NCBI GenBank assembly: GCA_030530605.1
Contig: JAUMUO010000004.1
Coordinates: 14,631-78,630 of the forward strand
Direction: 5' to 3'
Length of the DNA stretch: 64,000 nt
Source: Candidatus Saccharimonadota bacterium
GTDB taxonomy: Bacteria; Patescibacteriota; Saccharimonadia; Saccharimonadales; Saccharimonadaceae
In this document: positions 11,188 through 21,398 of the stretch, piece by piece
Layout of the letters: each line of letters begins with the position of its first letter
Position numbering within the stretch: position 1 is the stretch's first letter
Position numbers and translations under genes: made by a program
The notes under the pieces: generated by a model
The model's database searches: none
Seen by the model: the letters and a program-made list of their open reading frames with translations, nothing else
What the model was told of the DNA's origin: nothing

Positions 11188-12054
11188 ATGTATTCTGCAG
11201 TAGGACTTCTTAAATACGCAAAAGGTTCGGGTGGGAAATTAGTTGGCACTCACCAGAAACTCGACAAGGCCGCTCGCCGGGCTTTTTCAAGCCTGATTAA
11301 GAAGAAGGCCTTTTTCCCGAATAGTAAAGAAATTATCCACTTTGAAGGTAGCCGCGGGCCGGATGGTCTGAAGCGCAAATCGCCTGGTGTGGACGAGCCG
11401 ATGCATTTTATTATGCCTGATAATGACGACGGTAAGCTTTGGCACTATATTGAAAACCACTCGGCCAACTTACGCAGAGTCTTAAAGGAAATTCAGGACA
11501 ATCCCGAAAAGGCTTACGACGAAGGCACGGATGTGCGCGCGGCCTTTGAGGCGGCTTGGTTGGCTCACGCCATTGTGGACGGCCTTACTCCGGCCCACCA
11601 TTTCCCCTATGAGGAAGCGGTTTCTGAATTGATGTCGGACAAAGATTACTTCCGGATTTTTGGTCAACCGATTAAAGGGATTATGCGCGGTGATAGTCTT
11701 GCCGAGTCCGCAGTTAAAAACTGGCGCTATTGGGGACACAATGGTTATATGAGCAAACATATCGCCTTTGAATATGGCGTGGCGCTCATCGTTACGGCCG
11801 AAGGTTGGGATGCCTTTTATCCAGAAATTTCCCCGAGCGATTTAGTAGATTTAGATTTTAAGACCGAATTTTATAATTCACTAAGGAAGATTCACTCGCT
11901 AGATATGTATACTCGGTTCCGCCAAGATGGTTGGACCTCGGCACTAGGTAAGGAAACCAAGAACATTTTGGTGCCAGAAATCGTTCGCGCCATTGTGTTG
12001 GGCTGGTATGCCTGTCTGCCTGAAGAATCTAAACGTAAAATTACAAAGGAATAG
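11188..12054 (+). CDS. Putative zinc-dependent PLC / S1-P1 nuclease-fold hydrolase
   Basis: Ligand order H (GTHQ), D (GPDG), H (PMHF), HAIVD-x5-H, HIAFE matches phospholipase C/P1 trinuclear zinc spacing; by eye. Confidence 0.55.
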   Translation: MYSAVGLLKYAKGSGGKLVGTHQKLDKAARRAFSSLIKKKAFFPNSKEIIHFEGSRGPDGLKRKSPGVDEPMHFIMPDNDDGKLWHYIENHSANLRRVLKEIQDNPEKAYDEGTDVRAAFEAAWLAHAIVDGLTPAHHFPYEEAVSELMSDKDYFRIFGQPIKGIMRGDSLAESAVKNWRYWGHNGYMSKHIAFEYGVALIVTAEGWDAFYPEISPSDLVDLDFKTEFYNSLRKIHSLDMYTRFRQDGWTSALGKETKNILVPEIVRAIVLGWYACLPEESKRKITKE

Positions 12055-12055
12055 T

Positions 12056-12544
12056 ATGGGTGAGCTCAGAATTTTATCAGGAAAATATAAAGGCACCAAA
12101 CTAGCCTCTCCTGGCGGGGCCACACATCCAATGGGTTCGCGCGAGAAACTAGCGCTGTTTAATATGCTTGCCCCTTATCTTGAAGGCGCTAGGGTTTTAG
12201 ATTATTTTGCCGGCTCCGGCGCTCTCGGCCTTGAGGCTCTCTCACGCGGCGCCGCCGAGGTGGTTTTCTGCGAAAACAACCGCAGGGCCCAAAAGGTCAT
12301 TGAAGATAACATACGGCAAATTGGTGACCGAGCCAATTTTGAAATTGAGGGGTTATTTAGTATTATAATCTCCGATCCACCCTACGATAACTATCAGGTT
12401 CCAGATTACGCCAGTTTGCTCGAAGACGGCGGGATTTTGGCCTTGTCCCATCCCAGTAATTTTGACCCTAAAACCATATCCGGCTTGACACTTCTAAAGA
12501 CTAATAGTTATGCTGCTTGTAATATCTCACTTTTTACAAAATAA
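12056..12544 (+). CDS. rsmD: 16S rRNA m2G966 methyltransferase RsmD family
   Basis: LRILSGKYKG..L, REKLALFN, LDYFAGSGALGLEALSRGA, DPPY; start at ATG 12056. Confidence 0.88.
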   Translation: MGELRILSGKYKGTKLASPGGATHPMGSREKLALFNMLAPYLEGARVLDYFAGSGALGLEALSRGAAEVVFCENNRRAQKVIEDNIRQIGDRANFEIEGLFSIIISDPPYDNYQVPDYASLLEDGGILALSHPSNFDPKTISGLTLLKTNSYAACNISLFTK

Positions 12545-12610
12545 CTCTTCCCAAAACAAAAGAACTATGGTATAATATACTCAAATTATAGAGTAATTGG
12601 AGTTCATATT

Positions 12611-13000
12611 ATGCAACCTAATCCGACCCTTTATGGTCACCAAACTAACAGCCAGAAGATTCGCTTCATTATTATTACCTCTATTGTAGCGATTGTCGTT
12701 CTGGGTATTGCCGTTTGGGCAATCGTCGCTATGGTTAGCGGCAAAAACAAGAATAACACTACTGCCAAAGTTGAGACCGTCGCTGTCAGCGATCAGACCG
12801 ACAAAAAGCAGCAAGAGACTGAGAAGAAATCTTCCAGTGTCACTTCTACCACTGAAGGTGTCACAAAGACTGTCCCAGCTCAGCCAGCTCAACCGACCAA
12901 CGAAGATATCCCTTCTACTGGTCCAGAGGAATTCTTGCCAATTGCCTTGACTGGCGGCACACTTGCGATGTATATCAGCTCGCGCAAATTCGTAAAATAA
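12611..13000 (+). CDS. Small surface protein with N-terminal TM and LPXTG-like C-terminal signal
   Basis: TM at N-term, T/E/K-rich stalk, IPSTG + hydrophobic stretch + RKFVK tail. Confidence 0.7.
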   Translation: MQPNPTLYGHQTNSQKIRFIIITSIVAIVVLGIAVWAIVAMVSGKNKNNTTAKVETVAVSDQTDKKQQETEKKSSSVTSTTEGVTKTVPAQPAQPTNEDIPSTGPEEFLPIALTGGTLAMYISSRKFVK

Positions 13001-13001
13001 G

Positions 13002-13030
13002 AAAAATCCAGCCGAAAGGCTGGATTTTTT
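13002..13030 (+). terminator. Intrinsic terminator
   Basis: AAAAATCCAGCC-GAAA-GGCTGGATTTTT. Confidence 0.85.
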
Positions 13031-13075
13031 GAACGCATCATAATATAATGGTTATATATTAATAAGGAGTTAAAG

Positions 13076-14332
13076 GTGAGGAAAATTAATCTCAAAAAGC
13101 TCGCATTTGCTTTAGCATTTTTCGCGAGTGCTTTTTTGCCAGTCGCGTCAGCTTCCGCTGATGACCAGCCTGGCAACCCGGGCGATCCTGGTCAGATTCC
13201 ATTTGACGGTCGGGCCTATTTTGTCTGGGATTGTAATAGCAAAGTCTGTTACCACCTCTTTGAGGGCTTAAAAACCCCAGAGCAGGGAGTAAATTACATC
13301 AAAAACACCGAAATTACTGACCAAAGCGGCAACGGCGGTGCTTATACCTTTAAGCAGAAAGTAGCCGATTGGGCTTTGCCGATAGATTTCGTTGATAACA
13401 ATGGTAAAATTCTAGACAAATGGGTTGGTAAATCCGCCAAGGAAATTCTTGCTCCGGTGTGGGACGGCGGGGCCAGCATCAATTCAATCGCTTTTGGCGA
13501 TGGTGTAAACTCCATCTCTACTAATGAGGACCAGATGTTTAAGGTTATCATCTATCGCGATGGCTATAAGGCCGTTACAATCGGCGACAGCGCTGATGAC
13601 TACACTTATTTCCCGGCAGTATGGGATGTAACTAGTAACCCAGAGTCTACCTTCAATCCGGAGATTGACATTTCTGGAACTACTGCTGACAAGCCGGCCA
13701 GAGTAGATACTTATCTCGGTGAACCGCTGGTTAGAATCAAGGCCGACGGTATTGCTACTATTAGACCACTAAATGTAAATTCGTCTGCTCTTTCTTACGT
13801 CCAGAAAGATATTAATGTATTTGAGATTAGATTTAATTCTAATTACTACGATCACGTTGTATTTGAATTAAAGGGCACAGACGGTAAAACTTATTACCTA
13901 ATGGTCGCTCGTCTGGCATTCAGCGTTTCTAACGATTTTATGCCAGATAGACCGCACGTCTTTGCCGCTCAGGTGATGTACCCGACCGGCAGCGCCAACG
14001 GTAACACCTATAGTGTGATTGCCACAGTTGTTGACAAAGACGGCAATAAGAAGATTCATACCCTAAAGGCTGAAGATTACGTCAGAAGTTATTACGACAA
14101 TAATCAGGACAAGGAAGTTTCTGAAAATCTCGGCAAGTCATATTCATGCGGGAAGGGCCTTTCTTGTACACAATTCTCAATCACGGTTGGTAACATCCGT
14201 CAGATTGAGGGCGTTTATGTAAACGTCGTAAAGAATAACACCTCAGTAAACGATGTTTATCCGGGTACTTTCAGTGGCTCTAATTTAGGCACATATTGGA
14301 GTTCTGAAGCCAGAAAGGTAGTTTATGAATAG
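13076..14332 (+). CDS. Secreted hypothetical protein
   Basis: GTG start after AAGGAG; signal peptide MRKINLKKLAFALAFFASAFLPVASASA; beta-rich N/D/Y composition. Confidence 0.8.
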   Translation: MRKINLKKLAFALAFFASAFLPVASASADDQPGNPGDPGQIPFDGRAYFVWDCNSKVCYHLFEGLKTPEQGVNYIKNTEITDQSGNGGAYTFKQKVADWALPIDFVDNNGKILDKWVGKSAKEILAPVWDGGASINSIAFGDGVNSISTNEDQMFKVIIYRDGYKAVTIGDSADDYTYFPAVWDVTSNPESTFNPEIDISGTTADKPARVDTYLGEPLVRIKADGIATIRPLNVNSSALSYVQKDINVFEIRFNSNYYDHVVFELKGTDGKTYYLMVARLAFSVSNDFMPDRPHVFAAQVMYPTGSANGNTYSVIATVVDKDGNKKIHTLKAEDYVRSYYDNNQDKEVSENLGKSYSCGKGLSCTQFSITVGNIRQIEGVYVNVVKNNTSVNDVYPGTFSGSNLGTYWSSEARKVVYE

Positions 14333-14342
14333 GAGAGTGAAT

Positions 14343-14720
14343 ATGAAGAAGATTGCTTTAGGTTTCGTCACCGCTCTAGCACTCGCCGCTTCGGTTGTTC
14401 CGTTCACGGCTCGCGCTAAAGATATCAAGACTATCAACGCTTCCGAGGCTAGCGGCAAAGTTTCCGTCTCCGGCACTGCCGAGGCTGGTATGCTTGCCGT
14501 TGCTGTAATGGTTTATGATGAAAGTGGTAAAGATTTAATCGCCTTTGAAACGGCCTCCGTTTCAGATGAAAATCTTTACTACGCCGAAATTAATGTTGCC
14601 GAGGGTAAATACCTCATCAAAGTCGCTGATTACGACGGCGGTGATTTCAAGACCGCAACCGTCGCTCCAGAAGAGAAAAAGGCCATCCCGGCTGCTCCGA
14701 ATTCCGGCGCAGTGAAATAA
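14343..14720 (+). CDS. Small secreted Ig-like protein ending in APNSG
   Basis: GGAG SD, signal peptide MKKIALGFVTALALAASVVPFTARA; start at ATG 14343. Confidence 0.75.
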   Translation: MKKIALGFVTALALAASVVPFTARAKDIKTINASEASGKVSVSGTAEAGMLAVAVMVYDESGKDLIAFETASVSDENLYYAEINVAEGKYLIKVADYDGGDFKTATVAPEEKKAIPAAPNSGAVK

Positions 14721-14727
14721 TTCGAAT

Positions 14728-14756
14728 AAAAATCTACCCTTCGGGGTAGATTTTTT
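14728..14756 (+). terminator. Intrinsic terminator
   Basis: AAAAATCTACCC-TTCG-GGGTAGATTTTTT. Confidence 0.85.
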
Positions 14757-14784
14757 ATGTTAAATCTGATATAATCGGAAGTGA

Positions 14785-14868
14785 GCCCGAGTGGTGAAAT
14801 TGGTATACACGTATGCCTTAGGAGCATATGCCTCGTGCGTGCTGGTTCGAGTCCAGTCTCGGGCACCA
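14785..14868 (+). tRNA. tRNA-Leu (anticodon TAG)
   Basis: GCCCGAG acceptor stem, TATGC-CTTAGGA-GCATA anticodon arm, long variable arm, GGTTCGAGTCC T-arm, encoded CCA. Confidence 0.96.
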
Positions 14869-14985
14869 AAATCCGCCTTTGGCGTTTTTTTGTTGCACCC
14901 CTGTCTCGACCTTGACTATTTTGGCTTCTTATGTTAGAATATAAGAAGTACCTTAAAAATAGAGTTCATAAAGGGGGTAAAGCGA

Positions 14986-16242
14986 ATGATAAAAATAACA
15001 TACGGATTAATTGGAGTATGCGCGGTTTTGGTGATTTTTGTACACATCACCGACACGCTCTCCAAGAAACGCAAGGTATTATTATCTTGTATGGCATTGT
15101 CTGCGATGTTATTGACCATTGCAGACCGCCTTTCGGATATTTATGATGGCGTCGCCATCAATGGTTACATAGTCAGGACCAGTAAGTTTCTGGCTTATGC
15201 GTTAAATTTGGTGATTATTTTCATATTCACCAAATACTTGAAGGATTTGCTAAAACAGGAAGGCAAGCTGGAAAGAACGCCACATAGTATTAAGGCCGTG
15301 GAGTATATCCTAGCTGCTGCTTTTACCACACTGGTAGTATCGCAGTTTATAGGTCTTTATTACTATTACGATGAAGCTAATAAGTATCACAGAGGTAGCT
15401 TCTACCCTGGCTCTTACTTGTATGCTTTCACCGCCCTAATCGTTTTAGTGTATACTATTGCTAAATATCGTAAAAATCTCAGGAAAAGGCTGATTATGCC
15501 ACTCCTTTTATTTACGATAATGCCGGTGGTAACATCTGTAATTCACTATTTTATCGACCAATACACTCTTACGAGTGGGTCGATAGTAGCAATGGCGATA
15601 CTGCTCTATGCGTCGTCTATTATGGACGCGAACGATATGGTGCGCTCTGCAAAAGAAAAGGAAATTGAAACCCAGAAGTTGATGCTTTCGCAAACCGCTG
15701 CGGCTCTCGCCGAGGCGATTGATGCCAAGGACACCTACACCAACGGCCACTCCCAAAGGGTGGCAGAGTATGCTGTCAAAATCGCCGAACAAGCCGGCAA
15801 GACTAAAGAAGAGTGCGAAGAGATTTATCTAATTGCACTTCTTCACGATGTTGGAAAGATCGGCATCCCCAATGCCATCATCAACAAGAAGGGCAAGCTT
15901 ACGGATGAGGAATATGAGATAATCAAAACTCATCCAGTCAAAGGCAACGAAATCTTAAAAAAGATTTCCAGCTCACCCAACCTGTCCATTGGTGCTCATT
16001 ATCATCACGAGCGCTATGATGGCAAGGGTTATCCGGAGAGCCTCAAAGGGGAAGAAATCCCTGAGATTGCCCGGATTATTGCCGTGGCAGATACTTACGA
16101 CGCTATGACTTCTAAACGAAGTTATAGAGATGGCCTGCCCATCGCAAAAGTTAGGCATGAACTCATCAGAGGCATGGGTACACAGTTTGACACGAAGTTC
16201 GCTGGTATTATGGTGAGCCTAATAGACGAAGAAAAAGTCTAG
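14986..16242 (+). CDS. Membrane-bound HD-GYP cyclic-dinucleotide phosphodiesterase
   Basis: Multiple N-terminal TMs; GHSQRV, LHDVGKIG, HHERYDGKGYP, IIAVADTYDAMTS. Confidence 0.92.
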   Translation: MIKITYGLIGVCAVLVIFVHITDTLSKKRKVLLSCMALSAMLLTIADRLSDIYDGVAINGYIVRTSKFLAYALNLVIIFIFTKYLKDLLKQEGKLERTPHSIKAVEYILAAAFTTLVVSQFIGLYYYYDEANKYHRGSFYPGSYLYAFTALIVLVYTIAKYRKNLRKRLIMPLLLFTIMPVVTSVIHYFIDQYTLTSGSIVAMAILLYASSIMDANDMVRSAKEKEIETQKLMLSQTAAALAEAIDAKDTYTNGHSQRVAEYAVKIAEQAGKTKEECEEIYLIALLHDVGKIGIPNAIINKKGKLTDEEYEIIKTHPVKGNEILKKISSSPNLSIGAHYHHERYDGKGYPESLKGEEIPEIARIIAVADTYDAMTSKRSYRDGLPIAKVRHELIRGMGTQFDTKFAGIMVSLIDEEKV

Positions 16243-16248
16243 CACCTT

Positions 16249-16277
16249 AGAGCGTCAGAAATTCTGGCGCTCTTTTT
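16249..16277 (+). terminator. Intrinsic terminator
   Basis: AGAGCGTCAG...CTGGCGCTCT followed by T-run. Confidence 0.75.
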
Positions 16278-16346
16278 CTTTTTTAGCACTACCAAAACCA
16301 AAAAACTTGTGCTAAAATAAATGTATAAACCAAAATTAAGGTGGGA

Positions 16347-17945
16347 ATGAGCAAGATATCAAAATTATTAAATCAGGTTATTGTTGGCAATGTTTTTGAC
16401 GAACCTCGCATTGTTGAAAATTATTCCACAGACCGTAGCATTCTCAAAATGACCCCTGAAATGGTGGTCATCCCCGAAACCACCGATGATGTCCGGCGGG
16501 TTGTGCGTTTTGTTGAGCAATTAAGAAAGCGCGGTGAAAAAACCAGTCTCACCGTGCGTGGCTCTGGTCTTGATAAAACCGGTGCCGACCTCACCGATAA
16601 AATTCTTATTTCTATGGAGCGGATGAATCATATCCAAGAGATAGATTCGCGCTCGCGTCTAGTCCGGGTCCAAGCTGGCATCACTCTTGAAAAGCTCAAT
16701 GCTGCTCTCTCCCTCCACGGTCTGACACTTCCCATAGATGCTAATCCTAAAGAAACCATCGGCTCGCTCATCAATAATTTCACTATTGATGGCTACGCCG
16801 GCAAATATCACGGCATTTCGCATTATGTTGATTGTCTTGAGGCAGTGCTTGCCGATGGCAGCGTTTTACAGACTAGAAATTATAATCGTCGCGGCCTTCA
16901 ACATAAAATTGAAAATGAGGACGACCCAGAGTCTAATATCTACCGCAAGATGAACGATTTGATTAATGATTCTGAAGAGGCTCTAGATACTATCAAGGAA
17001 AAACCCACCATTGACGCCTCGGGTTATCAGATGGCCACTCAGGTAGAGCGCGACGACAGTCGGGTCTTTGAGCTCACCCCGCTATTCTATGCTTCCCAGG
17101 GCACCCTCGGTATTATTACAGAGGTGATTTTGAGATTGGAACCCACCCCGTCCAAAATCACTCGTTTTGCTGCCGGGTTTGAAACCGCCGCTGGGGCTAT
17201 TAGATACATAGAGAGAATTACTTCCCTAGAGCCGCTAGCAGTAGAGATTTATGATGCACATATTTTCGAACAGGCCGCTGAAAACGGCAAGGAACTCGGC
17301 CTCTTTGCTAAGCGTTATAACAAGGGTTATATCGCCATCGTTTCTTTTGACGACAACCGTTTTGCCGTCAAAAAGAAGCTAACTGCCTGTCTCAATGCTA
17401 TTCCAGATTCAGCCGCCGCTATTCTAGAAACTAAAGAGAACACTAAAGATTTCTCGCGCATCCGCACCGCTCTCCGAAGTTATCTCAATAACGACATTAG
17501 AGGTGAGCGCCTCCACCTTGCGGATGATTTCTACCTTCCAAAAGACCGGCTCCTAGATTTCATCAAGCACCTGCCTGAGCTAGAAGAATCTACCAAAAAA
17601 GACCTCCCGCTCTATGGCGATTATCTTACTTCTAATTATTCATTGCGCCCTGATCTTGATATGAGCACCGCCACTGGCCGAAGCAACGCTCTCAAATTCC
17701 TCAAGAAATTTGCTGAATTCCTGGCAGAATATGGCGGCGTCCTTACCGGCGGCTCACCAGAGGGTCGTATTAAAGCCCTGGTAGTAAACAGCGAAGAAGA
17801 TCCCAAAGTCCACGAATTCTATCTTAAAATTAAAGAAGTTTTTGACCCAGATGGCATTATGAACCCTAGCGTTAAATTGGAATCAGATGTTAAAAAATTC
17901 GTCAAGCACTTGAGAACCGAGGTGCTTGAAGGCGTTACAGATTAG
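16347..17945 (+). CDS. FAD-binding oxidoreductase (GlcD / D-2-hydroxyacid dehydrogenase-like)
   Basis: P..VVIPETTDDV, VRGSG.DKTG, VRVQAGITL, ASQGTLGIITE, FDPDGIMNP; start at ATG 16347. Confidence 0.85.
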   Translation: MSKISKLLNQVIVGNVFDEPRIVENYSTDRSILKMTPEMVVIPETTDDVRRVVRFVEQLRKRGEKTSLTVRGSGLDKTGADLTDKILISMERMNHIQEIDSRSRLVRVQAGITLEKLNAALSLHGLTLPIDANPKETIGSLINNFTIDGYAGKYHGISHYVDCLEAVLADGSVLQTRNYNRRGLQHKIENEDDPESNIYRKMNDLINDSEEALDTIKEKPTIDASGYQMATQVERDDSRVFELTPLFYASQGTLGIITEVILRLEPTPSKITRFAAGFETAAGAIRYIERITSLEPLAVEIYDAHIFEQAAENGKELGLFAKRYNKGYIAIVSFDDNRFAVKKKLTACLNAIPDSAAAILETKENTKDFSRIRTALRSYLNNDIRGERLHLADDFYLPKDRLLDFIKHLPELEESTKKDLPLYGDYLTSNYSLRPDLDMSTATGRSNALKFLKKFAEFLAEYGGVLTGGSPEGRIKALVVNSEEDPKVHEFYLKIKEVFDPDGIMNPSVKLESDVKKFVKHLRTEVLEGVTD

Positions 17946-17961
17946 TGTTATAATATACTGT

Positions 17962-19239
17962 ATGAAAACTACAGTAAAGAACTTATCAGAAACCAGGGTG
18001 AAACTAACGGTCACTTTAGATAAAGATGACCTAAAAAAAGCTAAGAAACTTGCCATCGAGGAACTTTCTAAAGAGGTGCGTGTAGCCGGCTTTAGAAAAG
18101 GTAAAGTTCCGGCAGATATGGCCGAGAAATACCTAAGTCCTAATGATATTGCCGGTAAGACTATTGATCTTGCTATCCGCACTACTATCCCAGAAGCCTT
18201 TAATCAGGCCAAGAAGGTTGCGATTCAGATTCCAAAGGTCGAGGCTACTAAATATGTCCCCGATGAATCTGCCGAATATACCGCCGAGGCCGATATTCTT
18301 CCAGAGGTAAAAGTTGGACCATACAAGAACCTCAAGGTTAAAAAAGAGAAAATTGCTGTTAAAGAATCTGAAATTAAAGAGATTTTGGATAACATTGCTA
18401 AGTCTTACGCCGAGAAAAAGGCCGTGAAGCGCGCCGCGAAAAATGGCGACGAAGTGATTATTGATTTCACCGGCAAAAAAGACGACAAGCCTTTTGATGG
18501 TGGCAGTGCCAAAGATTATAACCTACTACTTGGCTCTAAGACCTTTATTCCGGGCTTTGAAGAAGGCATCGTCGGCCACGAGCCGGGCGATAAATTCGAC
18601 CTAGAGCTCACCTTCCCGAAAGATTATCACGCTAAAAATCTCGCCGGGGAGAAAGTTGTGTTTACTGTGCTCATCAAACAAATTAACGAGGTCACAATCC
18701 CCAAATTTGATGACGCCTTTGCGAAAAAGTGTGGCCCGTTCAAGAATATGGATGAGTTAAAAGCCGACATTAAAAAGAACCTAGAAGCCCAGAACAACCA
18801 CAAGCTAGAAGAGAAATATAAAGATGATTTAATAAATGCGCTTGTCAAGGTTTCTAAAGTTGCTGCTCCAGAGGTGATGATTGAAGACCAGGTCAGAATG
18901 GTCAGAGATGACATTTCTAGAAACGCTGCTTCCCAGGGTCTTACCTTTGAAGATTACCTAAAACAAACCGACCAGACCGAAGAAGATTGGAAGAAAGAGG
19001 CTCGTAAAATTGGTGAAGCCAGAGTTAAGGCTTCGCTCGTACTTCAGGTGCTTGCTCGCGATAACAAGATTGAAGCCAGCGATAAAGAAGTAGATACTAA
19101 AATCGCCGAGCTAAAGGATGTCTATCAGAAATCCCCAGAGGCCATTAAGAGCTTAAAGGACCCACGCGTTCGCCAGGACATCAAAAGCCGCCTCACGATT
19201 GAGAAAGTCATTGATTTCTTAATGGATGCCAATAAATAG
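17962..19239 (+). CDS. tig: Trigger factor
   Basis: GFRKGKVP signature, FKBP domain (DFTGK..FDGG..FIPGFEE); start at ATG 17962. Confidence 0.95.
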   Translation: MKTTVKNLSETRVKLTVTLDKDDLKKAKKLAIEELSKEVRVAGFRKGKVPADMAEKYLSPNDIAGKTIDLAIRTTIPEAFNQAKKVAIQIPKVEATKYVPDESAEYTAEADILPEVKVGPYKNLKVKKEKIAVKESEIKEILDNIAKSYAEKKAVKRAAKNGDEVIIDFTGKKDDKPFDGGSAKDYNLLLGSKTFIPGFEEGIVGHEPGDKFDLELTFPKDYHAKNLAGEKVVFTVLIKQINEVTIPKFDDAFAKKCGPFKNMDELKADIKKNLEAQNNHKLEEKYKDDLINALVKVSKVAAPEVMIEDQVRMVRDDISRNAASQGLTFEDYLKQTDQTEEDWKKEARKIGEARVKASLVLQVLARDNKIEASDKEVDTKIAELKDVYQKSPEAIKSLKDPRVRQDIKSRLTIEKVIDFLMDANK

Positions 19240-19267
19240 AAAAACCCGCCCTCTGGGGCGGATTTTT
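19240..19267 (+). terminator. Intrinsic terminator
   Basis: AAAAACCCGCCC-TCTG-GGGCGGATTTTT. Confidence 0.8.
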
Positions 19268-19268
19268 C

Positions 19269-19409
19269 TTGCATTTTTGAAGAAAATTTGCTAAAATATA
19301 TGTAGAGTTTCAGTTGTTTTGTATTGCTGTAAACAAAACAACACCGCCTTATCTTAGGGTCCTACCACCCCTAAAGGGCAATAAATATCAAGTTAATTAG
19401 GAAATACTA
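19269..19409 (+). promoter_or_regulatory. rpsL promoter and two-hairpin 5' leader
   Basis: TTGCAT-17-TAAAAT (19269-19297); stems 19313-22/19333-42 and 19346-19379. Confidence 0.6.
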
Positions 19410-19823
19410 ATGCCAACCATTAATCAGTTGATTAGAAAGCCTCGTAAAAAGGCTGTCAAAAAGTCCAAAGCCCCGGCTTTGGGTTCAATCGTCAATACTT
19501 TGAAGACTCGTTACTACAACCAGCCCGCTCCATTAAAGCGTGGTGTCTGCGTCAAGGTAACCACCAAGACTCCAAAGAAACCAAACTCCGCTCTTAGAAA
19601 AGTCGCTCGTGTGCGTCTAACTAACGGCCAGGAAGTTTGGGCTTACATTGGTGGTGAGGGCCATAACCTCCAGGAACACGCTGTTGTGCTCGTGCGTGGT
19701 GGTCGTGTGCCGGATCTTCCGGGTGTGCGTTATCACATTGTCCGTGGCACTTTGGACCTCCAGGGTGTTGATGGTCGTAAACAAGGCCGTTCTAAGTACG
19801 GCGCCAAGAAGGAGGGTAAGTAA
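19410..19823 (+). CDS. rpsL: 30S ribosomal protein S12
   Basis: [28 protein letters not shown]. Confidence 0.98.
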   Translation: MPTINQLIRKPRKKAVKKSKAPALGSIVNTLKTRYYNQPAPLKRGVCVKVTTKTPKKPNSALRKVARVRLTNGQEVWAYIGGEGHNLQEHAVVLVRGGRVPDLPGVRYHIVRGTLDLQGVDGRKQGRSKYGAKKEGK

Positions 19824-19825
19824 TT

Positions 19826-20305
19826 ATGCCACGTAAAGTTACTAAATCTCTAACCAGAAAAGTTTCTCCAGATCGCAAATATCAGAGCGTTCTCGTTCAG
19901 AGACTTATCAATAAATCTATGCTAGACGGCAAAAAGCAGGCCGCCGAGCGTGCCGTTTACGCCGCTCTTGAAGGCGCTGCCAAGACTCTTAAGTCCGAAG
20001 ATCCAGTAGAGGTCTTTGAAAAAGCCCTTGCTAACGTTTCTCCGGATTTTGAGGTTAAATCTCGCCGTGTCGGTGGTGCTAACTACCAGATTCCATTTCC
20101 AATTTCTGGTCACCGCCAGCAGCACTTCGCTTTCTCTTGGCTAGTTCAGGCCGCTAGAGAGCGCAAGGGTATGCCATATAGCAAGCGTCTTGAGCTTGAA
20201 ATCGTTGATGCTTATAACGAAGCCGGTGCCGCCTTCAAGAAGAAGGAAGATTGTCACCGTATGGCCGAAGCGAACCGCGCCTTCGCACACTTCGCCCGCG
20301 CTTAA
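19826..20305 (+). CDS. rpsG: 30S ribosomal protein S7
   Basis: EVKSRRVGGANYQIP, HRMAEANRAFAHF. Confidence 0.98.
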   Translation: MPRKVTKSLTRKVSPDRKYQSVLVQRLINKSMLDGKKQAAERAVYAALEGAAKTLKSEDPVEVFEKALANVSPDFEVKSRRVGGANYQIPFPISGHRQQHFAFSWLVQAARERKGMPYSKRLELEIVDAYNEAGAAFKKKEDCHRMAEANRAFAHFARA

Positions 20306-20315
20306 TTCGCATTGG

Positions 20316-20343
20316 AAAAATCGCCCTTCGGGGCGATTTTTTG
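20316..20343 (+). terminator. Intrinsic terminator after rpsG
   Basis: AAAAATCGCCC-TTCG-GGGCGATTTTTT. Confidence 0.88.
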
Positions 20344-20386
20344 TTGAAAAACCTATTCTGCTTGTGGTATAATAGAACAAAATTAG

Positions 20387-21397
<1,011 letters not shown>

Positions 21398-21398
21398 A

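Noticed and set aside
14785-16300. Integrative element at tRNA-Leu
   Set aside because: No integrase and no convincing duplicate of the tRNA 3' end downstream (only GCACC at ~16242).
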